From the NCBI RefSeq assembly GCF_009914755.1, contig NC_060939.1: a stretch of DNA of 64,000 bases. One strand, given 5' to 3'. Both the position numbers and the translations under genes were made by a program. This stretch comes from the human T2T-CHM13v2.0 reference genome, Homo sapiens. Of the stretch, positions 60,501-64,000 are shown piece by piece. A model generated the notes under the pieces. It ran no database searches and had not been told where the DNA came from. It worked only from the letters and a program-made list of their open reading frames with translations. Within the stretch, counting starts at the first letter, position 1; each line of letters opens with the position of its first letter.

Positions 60501-62933
60501 CGATTCCTACCGTTCGATTTCATTTTGTTCCAGTCCATTCTTTCGCGTCCATTCCATTCCATTTCACTCCATTCGATTCCATTCCACTCGATTCCACTTC
60601 GTTCCATTTCATTGCATTCCATTCTATTCAACTCTATTGCCTTCCATTCCATTCCATTCGATTACATTCCATGCGATTCCATTCGAAATCGAATCAATTA
60701 CATTGCAATCCATTACTATTGAGTCCGTTTTATTCCAGTCCACTGCATTCTGGTCCATTCCATTTGATTCCATTCCATTCTATTCCATTCCATACAGTTG
60801 CATTCCATTGGATTCCATGCTATATCTATAAATTCAATTCGAGACCATTGCTTTTGAGTCCATTCTATATGATTCCATTCCATTCAAGTCCATTACATTT
60901 GGTTAAATTCCATTCCATTCGGTTCAATTCCATTCCATTCCATTCCCTTCCATTCCATTCCAGTTGATATCAATCCATTCGATTCCATTCCATTCGAGCA
61001 CATTCCATTCGAATCCATTCCATTCGATGCCATTCCATTTGATTCTATTCCATTAGTCTCCATTCAATTCCATTAATCTCCATTCCATTCCATTCTACTC
61101 CAACTGATTCCATTCCATTCTATTCCTTTCCATTCCATTTCATTCCATTCCATTCCATTCCATTCGTGTCCATTCCACTCCAGTCCATTCCATTCGTATC
61201 CATTCCATTCGAGTCCATTCCATTTGTGTCCACTGCATTCCATTCCACTCCATTCCATATTATTCCATTACACTCCATTCCATTCTATTACTTTCATTTC
61301 CATTCAATTCCATTCCATTTGATTCCATTCCACTCGGTTTCATTCCATTTGAGTCCACTCCATTCCATTCCATTCCATTCAGTTCCATTCCATTCTGTTC
61401 CATTCCATTCCGTTCCATTACATTCCATTCCATTCGGTACCATTCCATATTGTTCCATTCGATTCCATTCGAATCCATTCCATTCCAGTCCATTCCATTC
61501 GATTCCATTCCATTCATTTCAATTCCATTCCATTCCATTCCATTACATTCCACTTGATTCCTCTCCATTCCCTTCCACTGCATTCCGTTCGATTCCATTC
61601 CATTGCATTGCATTCCATTCCATTGGATTGCATTCCATTCGATTCCATTCCATTCGAATCAATTACATAGCAATCCATTACATTCGAGTCTATTCTCTTC
61701 CGTTCCATTCGATTTCGTTCCAATCCATTCGATTCCATTCCATTCGATTCCATTCCATACTATTGCATTCCATTCGATTACATTATATTCGAATAAGTTC
61801 CATTCAAGACCATTTCTTTTGAGTCCATTCTATTTGAGTCCATTCCCTTTGATTCCATAACATTTGAGTCCATTCAATTCCATTCCTTTCGTTTCCATTC
61901 CATTTGATGCCATTCCATTCAATTCTGTTCTACTCGACTCCAATACATTCAATTCCATTCCTTCCGATTCCATTACATTCTTTTCATTTCTTATCCATTT
62001 CAAGCCATTCCACTCCATTCCATTCCACTCGTTTCCTTTCCATTCGAGTCCATTCCTCTCCAGTCCATTCCGTTCAATCCATTCCATTCCAGTCCATTCC
62101 ATTCGAGTCCGTTCCATTCCAGTCCATTCCATTCGAGTCAATTCCATCCCATTCGATGTCTTTCCATAACAATCCATTCCATTCTATTCCTTTCGATTCC
62201 ATTCCATTCTATTTCATTCCATTCGATTCCCTTCCATTGGACTCCTTTCCATTGGAGTGCATTCCATTCCGTTCCATTTCTTTCCGTTCTGTACGATTCC
62301 TACCGTTCGATTTCATTTTGTTCCAGTCCATTCTTTCGCGTCCATTCCATTCCATTTCACTCCATTCGATTCCATTCCACTCGATTCCACTTCGTTCCAT
62401 TTCATTGCATTCCATTCTATTCAACTCTATTGCCTTCCATTCCATTCCATTCGATTACATTCCATGCGATTCCATTCGAAATCGAATCAATTACATTGCA
62501 ATCCATTACTATTGAGTCCGTTTTATTCCAGTCCACTGCATTCTGGTCCATTCCATTTGATTCCATTCCATTCTATTCCATTCCATACAGTTGCATTCCA
62601 TTGGATTCCATGCTATATCTATAAATTCAATTCGAGACCATTGCTTTTGAGTCCATTCTATATGATTCCATTCCATTCAAGTCCATTACATTTGGTTAAA
62701 TTCCATTCCATTCGGTTCAATTCCATTCCATTCCATTCCCTTCCATTCCATTCCAGTTGATATCAATCCATTCGATTCCATTCCATTCGAGCACATTCCA
62801 TTCGAGTCCATTCCATTCGATGCCATTCCATTTGATTCTATTCCATTAGTCTCCATTCAATTCCATTAATCTCCATTCCATTCCATTCTACTCCAACTGA
62901 TTCCATTCCATTCTATTCCTTTCCATTCCATTT
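57580..62933 (+). repeat. 14-monomer super-repeat, copy C (partial, three monomers)
   Basis: Units at 32441/57580, 34234/59373 and 36027/61166 are at +25,139 and share private SNVs 35209/60348 and 37032/62171. Register is lost after ~62.3-62.96 kb. Confidence 0.88.
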
Positions 62934-64000
62934 CATTCCATTCCATTCCATTCCATTCCATTCCATTCCATTCCATTCGTGTCCATTCCACTCCAGTCCA
63001 TTCCATTCGTATCCATTCCATTCCAGTCCATTCCATTTGTGTCCACTGCATTCCATTCCACTCCATTCCATATTATTCCATTACACTCCATTCCATTCTA
63101 TTACTTTCATTTCCATTCAATTCCATTCCATTTGATTCCATTCCACTCGGTTTCATTCCATTTGAGTCCACTCCATTCCATTCCATTCCATTCAGTTCCA
63201 TTCCATTCTGTTCCATTCCATTCCGTTCCGTTACATTCCATTCCATTCGGTACCATTCCATATTGTTCCATTCGATTCCATTCGAATCCATTCCATTCCA
63301 GTCCATTCCATTCGATTCCATTCCATTCATTTCAATTCCATTCCATTCCATTCCATTACATTCCACTTGATTCCTCTCCATTCACTTCCACTGCATTCCG
63401 TTCGATTCCATTCCATTGCATTGCATTCCATTCCATTGGATTGCATTCCATTCGATTCCATTCCATTCGAATCAATTACATAGCAATCCATTACATTCGA
63501 GTCTATTCTCTTCCGTTCCATTCGATTTCGTTCCAATCCATTCGATTCCATTCCATTCGATTCCATTCCATACTATTGCATTCCATTCTATTACATTATA
63601 TTCGAATAAGTTCCATTCAAGACCATTTCTTTTGAGTCCATTCTATTTGAGTCCATTCCCTTTGATTCCATAACATTTGAGTCCATTCAATTCCATTCCT
63701 TTCGTTTCCATTCCATTTGATGCCATTCCATTCAATTCTGTTCTACTCGACTCCAATACATTCAATTCCATTCCATCCGATTCCATTACATTCTTTTCAT
63801 TTCTTATCCATTTCAAGCAATTCCACTCCATTCCATTCCACTCGTTTCCTTTCCATTCGAGTCCATTCCTCTCCAGTCCATTCCGTTCAATCCATTCCAT
63901 TCCAGTCCATTCCATTCGAGTCCGTTCCATTCCAGTCCATTCCATTCGAGTCAATTCCATTCCATTCGATGTCTTTCCATAACGATCAATTTCATTCTAT

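Larger units (their letters stand above)
1..64000 (+). repeat. Human satellite III (HSat3) array, diverged (CATTC)n; probably the chr15 D15Z1 / HSat3A5 1.8-kb KpnI family
   Basis: CATTC pentamers and single-substitution variants (GATTC, CAGTC, GAGTC, CATTG) run from base 1 to 64000 on one strand. The HSat2-type CATTCGATGATTC/ATGATG 23/26-bp units are not the building block. The ~1.8-kb period with a GGTACC in most units matches the established description of D15Z1. The family call is near certain; the chromosome call is inference (about 0.75). Confidence 0.97.

Noticed and set aside
84-63982. Hundreds of ORFs (218 aa SIPFH-rich, 203 aa, 167 aa, 308 aa at 18798/43937; MEWNG-rich on the minus strand)
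   Set aside because: (CATTC)n has no stop codon in any frame, so long overlapping ORFs on both strands are expected. They are fused or broken freely by 1-bp and 5n-bp indels and show no recognisable domain.
1-64000. CRISPR-like or other repeat-spacer array
   Set aside because: There are no unique spacers; the sequence between landmarks is itself repeated nearly identically every 1.8 kb, and no cas-like ORFs exist.
1-64000. HSat2, DYZ1 (3.6-kb Y satellite) or alpha satellite
   Set aside because: The HSat2 23/26-bp ATGATG-type units and 171-bp monomers are absent. The basic period is 1.8 kb, and the 3.6-kb patterns are only local dimers of near-identical monomers.
1-64000. Canonical heat-shock elements, inversions or L1/Alu insertions
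   Set aside because: I saw no triple nGAAn inverted arrays, no switch to GGAAT on the + strand, no poly-A tails and no non-satellite sequence. Monomer spacings leave no room for an insertion.

Overview
The whole 64-kb window is one uninterrupted, single-orientation array of classical human-type satellite III (HSat3): diverged (CATTC)n on the + strand, (GGAAT)n on the - strand. I see no gene, RNA gene, transposon insertion or inversion; all ORFs are artefacts of translating a pentamer repeat. The pentamers form a ~1.8-kb monomer (36 successive anchor copies, spacings 1,773-1,818 bp), usually with one KpnI site, which fits the chromosome 15 D15Z1 / HSat3A5 family (inferred, not searched). Monomer length variants and SNVs reveal nested organisation: an old ~0.83/0.97-kb dimer inside the monomer, local 3.6-kb dimers, a divergent ~1.6-kb segment repeated at 9,010 bp, and a near-identical 14-monomer super-repeat of exactly 25,139 bp (two full copies plus a third that breaks register near 62.3-63.0 kb). 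I found no new protein- or RNA-based system; the interest is this layered repeat architecture and its recombination and mutation record. All comparisons were made by eye from the sequence and ORF coordinates.
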